This document shows, piece by piece, positions 51,582 to 64,000 of a stretch of DNA of 64,000 bases. A program made the position numbers and the translations under genes. The notes beneath the pieces are model-generated. The model did not search any database. It was not told the DNA's origin and worked only from the letters and a program-made list of their open reading frames with translations. Source of the DNA: Paraspadella gotoi (Eukaryota > Animalia > Chaetognatha); contig CM119269.1 of assembly GCA_051294375.1 (NCBI GenBank), positions 8,181,225-8,245,224 on the forward strand, in the 5' to 3' direction. Position 1 is the first letter of the stretch, and the number at the start of each line of letters is the position of its first letter.

Positions 51582-54500
51582 AAAATACGATTGAGTGACG
51601 CATCTGCGTTTTGTTAGACGGGACAAAGGATAAAAGATCTGAAACGGAAGAAAAAAAAAAGAAAGTCGGAAAGAAAAGAAGCACAAAAAGAAAAATGATA
51701 AGAAAGAAAGAGAAATCAAATAACAAGGGACCAAGATTGAGTCAATTTCATCCGTATTCCATCGTCGATAGAGTTCCGCCATTTTCCATAGATCTCCATA
51801 AAATTCATGTTAAGGTCTCCGCACCCATTAATATTTTTCATCCTTTTTTCTGCTTTATCTTGTTTTCCTCTTTCCCCCATTCATTTTAAGCCCCTTCTAC
51901 TTTCTGACTTTATCTCTCTTTTTATACTTTTTTCCTGACCCTTTTCCTCGTTTCTTCCTTCTTTCTTTTCCATTTTTCTTTCTACTTTCTCCTTTCTGAT
52001 TTTTTCCCCCTTTTTCTTCCTTTTTGTTTCCTCTTCCTTTCTTTCACTTCTCTCTTTCACTCCTCCTCAATAACTACTTTTCTTTTCCCCCCCACCCCTC
52101 ATATTTTCCTCTCACCCACCCCCGCATTCCCCCACCAGATGTCCTCCTCCAGCATCCGCTACGGCGCCGGCGTCACGGCCGAAGTCGGCGCCGACTGCGT
52201 CAATCTCGGCGCCGCCAAAGTCCTTGTCGTGACCGACGGCGTCGTCGCTGGTCTGGCGCCGATGACGAACACGACGGAATCGCTGACGAAGGCCGGCGTC
52301 GATTTTGAGACATACGAGATTCAGGCGGTGAGTTAGAGAGAGAGAGAGAGAAAGAGAGAAAGAGAGAAAGAGAGAAAGAGAGAGAGAGAGAGAGAAAGAG
52401 AGAAAGAGAGAAAGAGAGAAAGAGAGAAAGAGAGAGAGAAGAAATTGTAAACCTTTACTTCTTTTCTGGCTCTTAGATTTATTTTTCTGTTTCCTTTCTT
52501 AGGATCTAATTTAAANNNNNNNNNNNNNNNNNNNNNNNNNNNNNNNNNNNNNNNNNNNNNNNNNNNNNNNNNNNNNNNNNNNNNNNNNNNNNNNNNNNNN
52601 NNNNNNNNNNNNNNNNNNNNNNNNNNNNNNNNNNNNNNNNNNNNNNNNNNNNNNNNNNNNNNNNNNNNNNNNNNNNNNNNNNNNNNNNNNNNNNNNNNNN
52701 NNNNNNNNNNNNNNNNNNNNNNNNNNNNNNNNNNNNNNNNNNNNNNNNNNNNNNNNNNNNNNNNNNNNNNNNNNNNNNNNNNNNNNNNNNNNNNNNNNNN
52801 NNNNNNNNNNNNNNNNNNNNNNNNNNNNNNNNNNNNNNNNNNNNNNNNNNNNNNNNNNNNNNNNNNNNNNNNNNNNNNNNNNNNNNNNNNNNNNNNNNNN
52901 NNNNNNNNNNNNNNNNNNNNNNNNNNNNNNNNNNNNNNNNNNNNNNNNNNNNNNNNNNNNNNNNNNNNNNNNNNNNNNNNNNNNNNNNNNNNNNNNNNNN
53001 NNNNNNNNNNNNNNNNNNNNNNNNNNNNNNNNNNNNNNNNNNNNNNNNNNNNNNNNNNNNNNNNNNNNNNNNNNNNNNNNNNNNNNNNNNNNNNNNNNNN
53101 NNNNNNNNNNNNNNNNNNNNNNNNNNNNNNNNNNNNNNNNNNNNNNNNNNNNNNNNNNNNNNNNNNNNNNNNNNNNNNNNNNNNNNNNNNNNNNNNNNNN
53201 NNNNNNNNNNNNNNNNNNNNNNNNNNNNNNNNNNNNNNNNNNNNNNNNNNNNNNNNNNNNNNNNNNNNNNNNNNNNNNNNNNNNNNNNNNNNNNNNNNNN
53301 NNNNNNNNNNNNNNNNNNNNNNNNNNNNNNNNNNNNNNNNNNNNNNNNNNNNNNNNNNNNNNNNNNNNNNNNNNNNNNNNNNNNNNNNNNNNNNNNNNNN
53401 NNNNNNNNNNNNNNNNNNNNNNNNNNNNNNNNNNNNNNNNNNNNNNNNNNNNNNNNNNNNNNNNNNNNNNNNNNNNNNNNNNNNNNNNNNNNNNNNNNNN
53501 NNNNNNNNNNNNATCTGAGTCGCGACGGAAGAGTTTAGATCCTCGTTATCCGGCGCCCACGAGAGGCGATGGACGGCGTCCCAGGCGTCACGGACGACGC
53601 CGGTATCGGGTGGACAAGAGATATGGAGGCGCCGAGGCTCGCGGCGGCGAAATCTGTTGATAATAAACAAATATCAAATGAAAAAAGGATTTTAAAACAA
53701 TGTAACGATTATAAAAAGTTAATTCCATAAATGGTATATTCCAACTTATCCATGATTGGGTATTTCAAGGCACATTGGCATTATTTTTTTACTAATTTTG
53801 ACTATATAGATTTAATAATATGTTACTGATTATTCATATTTAAATGTAAACGAGACGGAAAATCCCATCGACTTATATAAAAAATTGCACCTCGTCTTCT
53901 CGCGGCGTAATCAAAAATGAATGAGCAAACCCGTATTTATTTATTTAATGACCTTGATAAAAAAACTGATAACCTCGGAAATCTTGGCAATATTTAACGA
54001 GCATTCTCCCTCACCTCTTCAACGCCACCATCGCCGCCACCGCCAACGACATGTTGAGGATCATCATCCACCAACTTCCTCCGTCGAGAGTCTTGACGAA
54101 GATCTCCTTCAATCCGCTGAAGGCTTCCGTCTGCTTCGTGACGATGACCAGATATTCCATGGAGACGTAAGCCGAGAATCGAAGTCTCTCCTGCATCCAC
54201 TCTCTGATGAAGCAGATGTTGAGGGCCGCGTCGAATCGCCCGTCCGCGATGGCCCCGAACATCCCACGCACGTTTTTCGAGTCGCCGTCGATGCCCCAAT
54301 CGCCCGCGAAGTGATGGAGGGTGTAGCGAATCGGGCAACGGCGGAGGAAGCCCTTCCAGACATTGGCGTGGAGCTCGTCCATCTGGATTTGATCCAAGGA
54401 CGAGGCGGTTTGGTTCTCCTTCAAGTCGCCGGCGACGACTTGATCGAGGAAAGGCTTGAAGACGAAGCGGACGGACGAGTTGGACCGACAGACTTCATCG

Positions 54501-57500
54501 GAGAAAAGGTTGTCGAGTGGTGGAGGCATGATTTGGGGTGTGGTGGGGGTCGAAGCGCTGGGAGGGAAGGATGGATTGGATTCGTTTGGGAATATAAGGC
54601 AAAAAGCATGAATCAATTAACATTGATGCGAGAATGAATATATTTATAGATGGATGAATACATTGATGAGTGATTTAATATAATGATTGATGGATGAATG
54701 GATTGATGGAAAGATTAATTCAATAGTTGATGTTTTAATACTTTGGATGGATAAATACATTTATTGGTTAATGAAAATATAGATAGATAAATACCAATGC
54801 AGGAAATGAATAATTCTTTCGTGGATACATTGTTGGATGGATGAATACATTGATCAAAGGATGAATAAATCGACGAATGGATGAATGCATTGATAGATGA
54901 GTGAAAATATTTATGGAAGGAAAAATACATACACAGGATGAATACATTATTTTATTGATGAATGCCTGAATAGTTTCATTAATTAAAAAAAATATAATCA
55001 TATCAGACAAAATTGTTGATTTTGTAATTATTTTACTATTTGGCGTTTACTATTTTTATTTTTACTATTTTTTTACTATTTGATGTTTACCCTTTTTACC
55101 TAAAAAACGTGTTTTTTTTCTTTTTGCCGGAATCGTCGATTCAGTTCCTTGTCCACGTTTGTTTGTTTTTTGGAAGACGAGAGATGAGATAAATCCATTG
55201 GTTGAAGGGAGAAGGAAATCATTGGGATTTTATAAGATCAACTTTTTGGTCGGTCAGTTGGTCGATAATTATTTTTAAAAAAATATTATTTTAATGATGC
55301 ACTGGTATATAAAGAATAAATGAGATTTTAACATTATAACATCATGTTTGTTGTTTAGCAAAATATGAAAGCAATTTTGTATGACTTGCACTGATGCAGA
55401 ATTACAATTTTATTATTTATTTAAATTTACGAATTAAAATAATGATATTATATTGAACCGAAGCATCAAAACTTTACATCTATCTACTCCAGTGATTTTT
55501 TTTTTGGTTATCGATTCTCGGATTTTCGAGCTTCAAGTTTCTCTCTTCCGTAATTAACACCTCCTTTGTCACGTTTTTAAATTGTCATCCGTTTTTATCA
55601 CTTTGCCACACTTTTTGACACGTTTCTGCTACCATTTTTTTGGCATTCTAACTTTAGAGACAAGTCTCTATTTTTTTTTAAATTATGCTGTCACATTTGT
55701 TATCATCTTCACTGTCTAGTTTTTATCTTTTGTTTTCCCCAGATGTCTCTAACCGTCAACGTCTGAGTCTGACCCGATCTTTCTTTTCCTTTTCTGTTCN
55801 NNNNNNNNNNNNNNNNNNNNNNNNNNNNNNNNNNNNNNNNNNNNNNNNNNNNNNNNNNNNNNNNNNNNNNNNNNNNNNNNNNNNNNNNNNNNNNNNNNNN
55901 NNNNNNNNNNNNNNNNNNNNNNNNNNNNNNNNNNNNNNNNNNNNNNNNNNNNNNNNNNNNNNNNNNNNNNNNNNNNNNNNNNNNNNNNNNNACCAGTGAC
56001 CATCTCGACATTTCGGAATAGGACTTTTGACCAATGACGTCATCGACGATAAATACGACTTTGAATGCGTCATTTACGTCTCATAGAACGACCGTCACCA
56101 TGACAAACGTGACGTTTCTTTATCGACATTTGGCGAAACAAAAGGCGAATTCCGAAAATCGATCGTTCTGTATATATTATATATATTATATATATATTCG
56201 TTATTATATATATGTACATAAGGGGCAGCGAGAGGGGGGACACACTCGCCCCTGAGAAGAGAGAAAAAAAGAAGGAAAGAAGAGAAAAAAAAAAGAAGGG
56301 AAGAAAAAGAAAAAAAAAGGAATTAAGTGATGATGAAAAAAAATTCATGTTAGATCTTGCTTGGGCCCCTTTTGACTTTAATATTAAAGTAGGGCCCCTA
56401 TTTAATTCAAATCAAGGCTCCTTTATTGATAATGTTCCAACTGTTTCTGGGATATAGTCCATTTCATTTTTAATGGGGCCCCTAAAAATTATGAAGAGCG
56501 GGTGGGGGCAGGGGGCCAGTGGAGGGGCCCGCCATTTCTCTCGCCACCCTTGTGTAATGTGTACGTATATTTTAAACATGTGTATAATATACATTATACG
56601 TATAAAATGTTTTTCTTCCTATTTGCCATTGTTGTTGTCGTTATCCTTGTTACGATCGAGAATGAGGCGAATCGGTTTGTTTCTCCAACGTTTATCTGCT
56701 CTGATGAGGGATATTAACTTTCCGTGTTTCTGCAAGATTGTGTAAGCCTGGCAAACAATGAGTTTTGATTCGTGCATGAGAGACAAAGAAAGACAGAAGA
56801 TAGAGATTAAGACAGAAAGAGACAGCAGTAAAAATGTAGTTGCTATGTTTGGGTGATATCGTGTGGTGATGATGTGTGGGTGGTGGCGTGGTTTGGTATG
56901 GTGTTGGGTGTGGAGTGTTGTGGTGTTGTGTGGTTGATGTGTGGTATGGTATCGTGTGTGATGCTGTGGTGCGGGTGGCGTGGTTTGGTCTGTGTGGTAT
57001 GGTGTGGGGGTTTGTGGTGTTGTGTGGTGATTGTGTGGGGTGGTATCGTTGGTGAGTGTGTGGGGTGGCGGGTTTGATATGGGTGTGTATGGTGTGGGTT
57101 GTGAGGTGTTGTGGTGTTGATGTGGCATGTGTGGGTGGGTATCGTGTGGTGATGTGGTTGGGTGGGTGCGTTGGTATGTGTGTATGGTGGTGGGGGTGAG
57201 TTTGTGGTGTTGTGTGTTGGTGTGTGTGGCTTGGTGAGGGAGGCGGGCGGCGGGCAGCGTTCTTGCGATCAATAAAATATCATAAATTATTCCGAGAAGA
57301 AAAAAAAGAAAAATTGTAATAAAATAAACCGTGAGATACGGATGGTAATGAATCTTTATATAACTATGTCGCATGTTATGTAAATAAATTGGTAAATAAT
57401 TGTAACAGTAAATAGTTAAAGATAAAAACCCTCACTTTTATCTGCTGCTCTTTCTTGTCTTAATCTCTTCTTCCGTCTTCTTGTCTCTTCAAGTGCNNNN

Positions 57501-60500
57501 NNNNNNNNNNNNNNNNNNNNNCACAACGCCACACCACACCACGCGACACCAAGCCATCTCCCGGATCAACGTTGGTCCGGTATTTATATTCGCTCTGGGA
57601 TTTCCGCCTTCGGTTATCAAACCTCGTGGCGACGATAAACACCGAAACAGAAAAACAAACAAAACAAAATAAGAATAAAAAACTAATAAGGGGGGGATTT
57701 GTACTTTGGGAATATTGCTTTTTTATAGGCTGGACATTCGCGGTGGACCGTAAAGAGACCTAAATCATAGATTTCTTAAAATAATTTTCAAATTTTAAAT
57801 TTTCGGTCGGGTTAACGACGATTTCTATTTGAACTAACTTTTCTTCGTTAATTATTTTTTTAGTTTATTACCCATTTTGATAATAACTATTCACGGTAAT
57901 ACATACGGTGTTACGACCCTACGACCCATAGCTTAGTTTGGACAACGCAAAGATGACATAAGCTTTTAAAAAAAATGTTTTAAAGATCGACCAATAAAAT
58001 ATTAAAAAAAAAAAAGAAAAACACAATCTAATCTTTATTTTTTCCCGCCAATTTTGAGGTGGAACCGACGGACGCATCATTCCTCCACGCCATCTCCTTC
58101 GCGCGTTCTCGTCCCTTCGATGCTTTCGTCGCCGTCGGCGGAGGATCAGTCATCGACACCTGCAAGGCGGCCAATCTATACGCCTGCCACCCGGAGGCGG
58201 ATTTCATGGACTTCGTCAATCCGCCCATAGGAAAGGGGATGCCTGTTAAGGTGTGAGGGCTGGGGGAAATGGGAAAGGCCTATTGGTAGCCAAGGGGAAA
58301 GAGGCCAGTGGAGTTCAGGAACAAATGACAAAAAAAATGCAGAAGGCCTGTTTTGTAACATGGCATGACGTGACTCTACTAAGGAATGGAATTATTTCTA
58401 AATCATTATGACAAAACGTAGCTAACAATCAACTCGATAGTTTGACTAAGTCTCCATATATCAGAATCTTGATAATGATTTTTTCTAAAGTCCTTTCATT
58501 TGAATACGTCGCTTGGGAAGTCGACTAAGTATCTCTATTGCTGTCTCGTTATCTCTCTATCTTGCTCTGTGGCCCTCTCTATTTTCCGATTTTTCTGCTG
58601 CAATCCTAATTAGTATTCTTTTCCCAAGTAACTGCGATAATTCCAGTAAACTACCGCCACCCTCTCCCTTCCAATCTCTTCCAGAACCCCCTTCGCCCCA
58701 TGATCGCGATTCCAACTACAGCAGGAACCGGAAGCGAAGCCACTGGCCTCGCCATCTTCGACCACACTCCCCTGAAGGCGAAGACCGGCATCTCCGCCAA
58801 AGCCATCCGCCCATTGCTTGGGATCGTTGATCCGGATAACGTCAGGTCTCCTGCGGTCATATATTTCATACTCCAAAACTAACCGTTCCCTGGTGTGGAG
58901 CTAGGGGGCCGCCCCACTGCCTGTCCCCCAATGGCGGCCCCAACGGGGACTAAAACTTTTACTGCAAGGGGCCACCGGGAGTAATGTTCAAATAATCTCT
59001 CGTAAAATAAACAAAAAATTTTAGACAGAATAAATGTCAAACATCAATATTATCGGCTTTTCGCTTTTTAATTGCCAAGAGTTTGGTAGTACATAGCCAT
59101 AGGCTATATATTGTATAATGTATATTGTATATTGTATATTGTATAATATATATATACCTTTATTGGTTTAATCAATTTAATGAATCTGAATCGAATAATC
59201 AAATATCTTCTAGGGTAAACAACAATCTATTCTGAATATTCTGAAGAAATTGCTATGACTTTTATAACACTATAATAGGACCATTTACCATTTTACCCAC
59301 TCATCTTCCTGCACATTCCGCTTAAAAGGAGTCTTCCCGAGCGCGTGGCGACTGGAGCGGCTTCGACGTCGTCTGTCACGCCCTCGAGTCATTCACCGCC
59401 ATCCCTTACAACGAGCGGAAGCCCCGCCGAGCAAATCCCCTGCTGAGACCCGCCCTGCAAGGCTCGAACCCCATATCAGGTGAAATGTAGGAGATCTTCA
59501 TCTTTATGGCAATTTAGATTGGTTTTCTTGCGTTAGTGTCACCTTTATGGCAGTAGAGATTTTATTTTTAGTGCCATTAGTGCAATTTTTCTTGATCAAT
59601 ACTCATCGTTTAATCGTTTAATCTTCTTATTGTCTTAATTGTCAAATTGTCTCTTTTATTTCAGAAAAAAAAAAAAAAATTTATGGCAGTAGAGAATAAG
59701 AATTAGCATTATTATTTTGGCAGTTTTGAAAGACGGTTTGTGGTAGATTAGATATCATTTTTCTCTCTTTAAATTAACCAAACTAACACATGTGCACTGC
59801 ACATTGTGCAGCAATCTTTGTTTGACGGCTGAGAATAGTTTTTTTCTGGGGTTGAATTTCTTAACGGGTGAAAACCGTGAGGTCGGGACTCGAAAATGGG
59901 TTCGGTCTTGAAGCTCACGCGTGCGTCCCATTTTGACGAAACAAGAAAAAGAACAAATGATGCTATCGTGATTCGCTACACGTAGGGTTGTCTTTAAAAC
60001 TCTGTTGATATTGTTGTTGTTGTTATTGTTGTAGATCAAAATGTAGATCTCGTTTTTATTTCTGATAAAAAGGTTTTTCTCGTGATATAAAATCGATAAT
60101 CGATAATTGAAGAATGTTATTTTTTAACAACTCGTATGACTTTTTTTAGGTGCATTTTTTATTAGTTACTCTAATTTTAGAAACTATATATAAGTCACTT
60201 TTTTCCCCTTTTTCCTTTTCATTCTCCTTCTTTTCTTTCCATTTTTATTTTTTTCCCTTCGTTTCCTTCTTTTTCCCTCAAAAGTCTTAACCTTTTTTTT
60301 TCTCTTTCGATCTCCTTCCCTTTCCCTTTTGTTTCTCACGTCTTTTTCTCCCGANNNNNNNNNNCTTCTCATTCTCCTTTTCTTTCCCTTTTTATTTTTT
60401 TCCCTTCGTTTCCCTTTCGATCTCCTTCCCTTTTCCTTTTGTTTCTCTCGTCTTTTTCTCCCGACACCAGATGGCCACTATTTTCCTTAATGCGTCGCGA

Positions 60501-60651
60501 CGGACGTCAACCGTCAAAACGTCAACCGGAACCAAATCTCTGTTCAATGTTAAATGGCCGCGACAAAAGTTCTTTATTCTTTCTATCTATCTTTCTCTCT
60601 CTCCCTCTCTTTCTCTCTCTCCATCCTTCTCCACCCCCCCTTTGTCTCTCT

Positions 60652-60714
<63 letters not shown>

Positions 60715-62940
60715 AGCCACCACAATATATCACCTTCGTCCACCGGACAATCACTGCAAAATATGACCCGAATCACCCCTGATAAACGAGATTGTCATTC
60801 CCGCCCGACGCATCCGCGAATAATAACTATGTGAACGTGATATCAGACCGCGAATGAAGGCGAGATAAATTTTCACCATCATATTGAAGTGTGACTGAGT
60901 CATGGGCGACTTCACACGTTTTTTGACTGTCATTTGTCTCACCGCCACCTCGGCTTACAGCAAATAGTCCCATTTTGAACGATTCTTTCGATTCTATTTC
61001 CTCTTCGAAATTGATCCAAATTCTTAATCCATAATTCTTTATCCCTGATTCTTGATCCATAATTCTTTATCCTTACTTCTTGATCCTTGATTCTTGATCC
61101 CTGATTCTTTTCCCCCCATTTTTAACCCTAAATCTTAATTGCCATTTTTAAATCCAATTTTTCATTGCTGATTCTTGATTCCTGATTCTTGATCCCCGAT
61201 TCTTGAACCTAATTTTTTAACTTTGATTCTTATTCCCTTAATTGCTTATTTTTAATCCCTTATTCTTGATCTCTCATTCTTAATCCATCCCTATTGATCC
61301 GTCTTTCTTGAACCCTGTTTTTTTGTCCTTCTCTTAACACTTTCTGTCGCGTGACTTTTTTCACCTCGACCGACCCACCCCCGACACAAATTGAACCCGT
61401 TCCAACCTGGGGCCAAAAGAGGAGGTCGACGGGTTCCAGTAGGGGGCTAAGGAGGAGAAAAAAAATAAAAAAGAAAAATAAAAATATTAAAAAAAAAACA
61501 AAAGGAAAAATTGAGATCTCAACTTAGCATCGATGACATCCTAAGTTTATTATATTAACAATGTAAAGCTCTTGCCTCAATAAGATTTTCGTGAGAATTT
61601 TTTTTTAATTTTTTTTTATTTTTAGAGTCTTTAGTAGTTAATACTTGATAAATGATTTTTTTATTTGTTTTGCTGCTTTTTGTGAGGTGTAATATCGTAG
61701 TTTTTATTACATTTTGCTCTCGAATTTATTTCTTGATATTATTTAAACTCTTTGTTTTTAACATGAGAAAATCCAACTGAATTAAAAATAATATAAAATC
61801 CTTAACTTTAGTATTTATCCGTTTATAGCAACTTAAAACGAGTTTTCCGCCAATTGGGGAGGGTAACTAGTCTCTTGGCTCCTCCGGGGGGCCGGCCAAG
61901 AAAATTTGTGGATGTCCCCGCCATTTCTCTGCACGAACCTGATTTCCATCCACAATCACCCCCACAACTCTCCACGCAGATATTTGGGCGACCCACGCCC
62001 TCCGCGTCGCCTCCCAGTTTTTCTTTCGCGCCGTTGATGACGCCGATGACGCCGAGGCGCGCGCCCAGATGCACCTGGCGTCGGCGCTGGCAGGCATCGG
62101 ATTCGGCAACGCCGGATGCCACCTGCCTCACGGCCTCTCCTACGCCATCTCGGGCAACGTCAAGAGTCACGTCAAAGCGGGTAAGGCGAGCGGTGGGGGC
62201 TTAGGAACTTATTAGATGGAGAACGTGAGATAGGATCAGAGAGAGTGAGAGATAGCAAGTTAGCAACTCCATACAAAATTTGTAAATTTTTTTTATCAAG
62301 CGATATTAACATAATTGAATATAATGCATATAATGAATATATGCAATAATAACAATAACACTAAAAATTTATTTACTTGTTTTTATTATCAATAATTGTC
62401 TGAAATATTTTAAATATTTTTAAAAACTCAACCCTGTTTTTACCAAATCGCTCCTGACTTGATCAGTCTAAATGTATAAATATTGTGATAATAAACTGTT
62501 GAAATATAAATAAGTCGATGAGGGAACGAAATCTAGTTTAACAAAACATTTTGAAAAAAAAATTTATGGCCGTTTTGCAATTTTTACCAGGAAATTAAAA
62601 CTTTTGTACTGCAATATGCAAATTAGAATTTTATTCGGTGGTTCTGTTGTTCGCTGCTTCTCTGATTTTAAGCTAATTTAACCTTTTTTTTCGGATTATT
62701 CTTTATATTTTTAAATCTTAATTATTTTTGCTTAATAAACAAAATCTTCGACGATGTGATTATCAATCTTGCGCGGGTCTAAAGAGAATCTTCTTCCTCC
62801 CCGTTCCCCGACTCATTCTCGATTTCACAGAGGGATACGAGGTGAACAAACCCCTGATCCCTCACGGCCTCTCCGTGGTCATAACCGCGCCCGCTGTGTT
62901 TCGTTTCACCGGAACCGCCTGTCCCGATCGCCATCTACAG
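51105..62940 (+). CDS. ADHFE1: Hydroxyacid-oxoacid transhydrogenase (iron-containing ADH family); start lies in a gap and the 3' end is beyond the window
   Basis: Exons: <51105-51247 (RCCPLH..EYAFE), 52139-52327 ([17 protein letters not shown]), 58059-58250 ([22 protein letters not shown]), 58685-58845 ([12 protein letters not shown]), 59329-59479 ([22 protein letters not shown]; 1-nt frameshift near 59352), 61980-62180 ([23 protein letters not shown]) and 62831-62940 (LIPHGLSV). Confidence 0.93.
53513..54540 (-). CDS. Divergent ionotropic glutamate receptor / IR-like protein (S1 ligand-binding segment + M1), nested antisense in an ADHFE1 intron; partial
   Basis: Exon ending 54015 (AG|gtgagg) encodes GDWG...[44 protein letters not shown]...[28 protein letters not shown]. 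This matches the iGluR pattern GM.G.L..G.AD.A....I.......DFS......IL...F..P.....W+TM. The next exon starts in phase at 53653 and runs into a gap. Confidence 0.7.
56850..57240. repeat. Irregular GT-rich low-complexity sequence
   Basis: gtgtg/ggtgt mosaic next to a gap. Confidence 0.8.
61020..61290. repeat. Degenerate (ttcttgatcc..)n short tandem repeat
   Basis: Recurrent attcttgatcc/ctg units. Confidence 0.7.
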
Positions 62941-63894
62941 GTCAGGGCTATTTCGGCTCTTTCCCTAGAAAATTAAATGAATAAATATTAATAATTATTT
63001 TTTTGGGGATATTATATTAATTTATCTATCTTCCTTAACTTGTTAAGCGTGTTTTTGTTTTTAAATTTAGGCCTTTTCTTCGAGATTGCTTTGTTTTATT
63101 TTTTTTATCCTACAATTTAATTTTAATATTAATATTTAATTGAAATATATTTTTCAATTACTGAACTAATTCTTAACTATAATTTTTAACTCTAACCTAA
63201 TCCTGAACCCTAATTTTAAACCCTGACCTTAAACCTTAACTCTAAACCCTAAACCTTTTGAATTTTAACCTCAAATCTTAACACTAATCACAAAACAAAT
63301 CTTTAACCTTAATCATTAACCTAATCTTTAACTCTAACATCTGGAATAACCCATAATATAAAAAATTAATCTAATTCCTAATTTAAAACATAATGGGGCG
63401 TTCTGGGAAAATAAGGCCCAAATTTTCAATCCCCATGATTTTGTCTTCCTCGATCCCCATCCTCATAGTCGAACCCCTTATCTCCCCAAACGTTCCCCTT
63501 TAAATTGATCCTCTTTTTCTCTCTCGTCCCTAATTTGATAGATATATCATATATGCCTCCCCTATATACCTCCCCTTGCGGTTCGATGTCCGATTAAGAT
63601 TCTGATCAGCTTTCATCGTCGTTTTTCCATCTCATTTTCTCTCGCTTCTTCCTCAACTTACTTCTTTCCTTTTCCTTTTTCCCCCCATTTTTTCACTTCT
63701 CTTTTTCCTTTTTTTTGGGGGGCGGGGTTAATCATTCGATCCTGAAATAATCCTTTTTTTATCTTTCTTAGTTTTGTCCTTTATGATCGCATTTATTCTT
63801 TATTTCCGTCGATGGGCAAATTCTTGCCTTCGTTCAGTTTTTTTCTTATACTTATTTTTTTCTTGTATGTTTCTGCGGACGTCGCTTTTCATCT

Positions 63895-63990
63895 TGCATC
63901 TCTGCCCGATTCCGTCTTGCAACTCTGCCCGATTCCGTCTTGCAACTCTGCCCGATTCCGTCTTGCAACGCTGTCCATACGGTCTTGCAA
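63895..63990. repeat. 23-bp tandem repeat (tctgcccgattccgtcttgcaac), 3-4 copies
   Basis: Direct inspection. Confidence 0.85.
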
Positions 63991-64000
63991 TTTTGCCCTA

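Noticed and set aside
53921-54637. 238-aa plus-strand ORF
   Set aside because: Antisense shadow of the minus-strand receptor-like exon; no recognisable features.
50806-56073. Long ORFs containing X runs (e.g. 52333-53670, 50839-51726)
   Set aside because: Artefacts of N gaps; only the 53513-53653 portion has exon support.
56619-57374. His/Thr/Pro-rich 251-aa ORF
   Set aside because: Derived from noisy GT-rich low-complexity sequence beside a gap.
60215-60465. Short direct duplication around the 11-N gap
   Set aside because: Typical unmerged contig-end overlap.
60464-60480. CTCF-like motif caccagatggcca (also agatggcagca near 10584)
   Set aside because: Single short matches are expected by chance in 64 kb; no independent support.
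15361-62940. CPT2, PTS and ADHFE1 as a metabolic gene cluster
   Set aside because: They act in unrelated pathways and are separated by unrelated genes and transposons.

Overview
This is AT-rich, microsatellite-laden, spliced animal (probably invertebrate) genomic DNA from a draft assembly with N gaps. Genes were reconstructed by hand from splice sites and reading phase. They are: a single-pass membrane protein with a PPxY tail (+); a six-exon BK-channel beta-subunit (KCNMB)-like gene (-) head-to-head with an intronless CPT2 (+); a four-exon PTS (+); two exons of a Kelch-repeat gene (-); and a multi-exon ADHFE1 (+) that runs off the window end. A divergent ionotropic-glutamate-receptor-like gene lies antisense inside an ADHFE1 intron. 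Mobile DNA includes a Helentron-associated-type element filling PTS intron 1, a tRNA-derived SINE (3 copies), an LTR retrotransposon with PBS and broken gag, several palindromic MITE-like elements and a dispersed repeat. The regions 41.5-42.3 kb and 42.9-50.0 kb are error-rich duplicates of neighbouring sequence and are probably assembly artefacts. All family assignments rest on recalled motifs; no database search was run.
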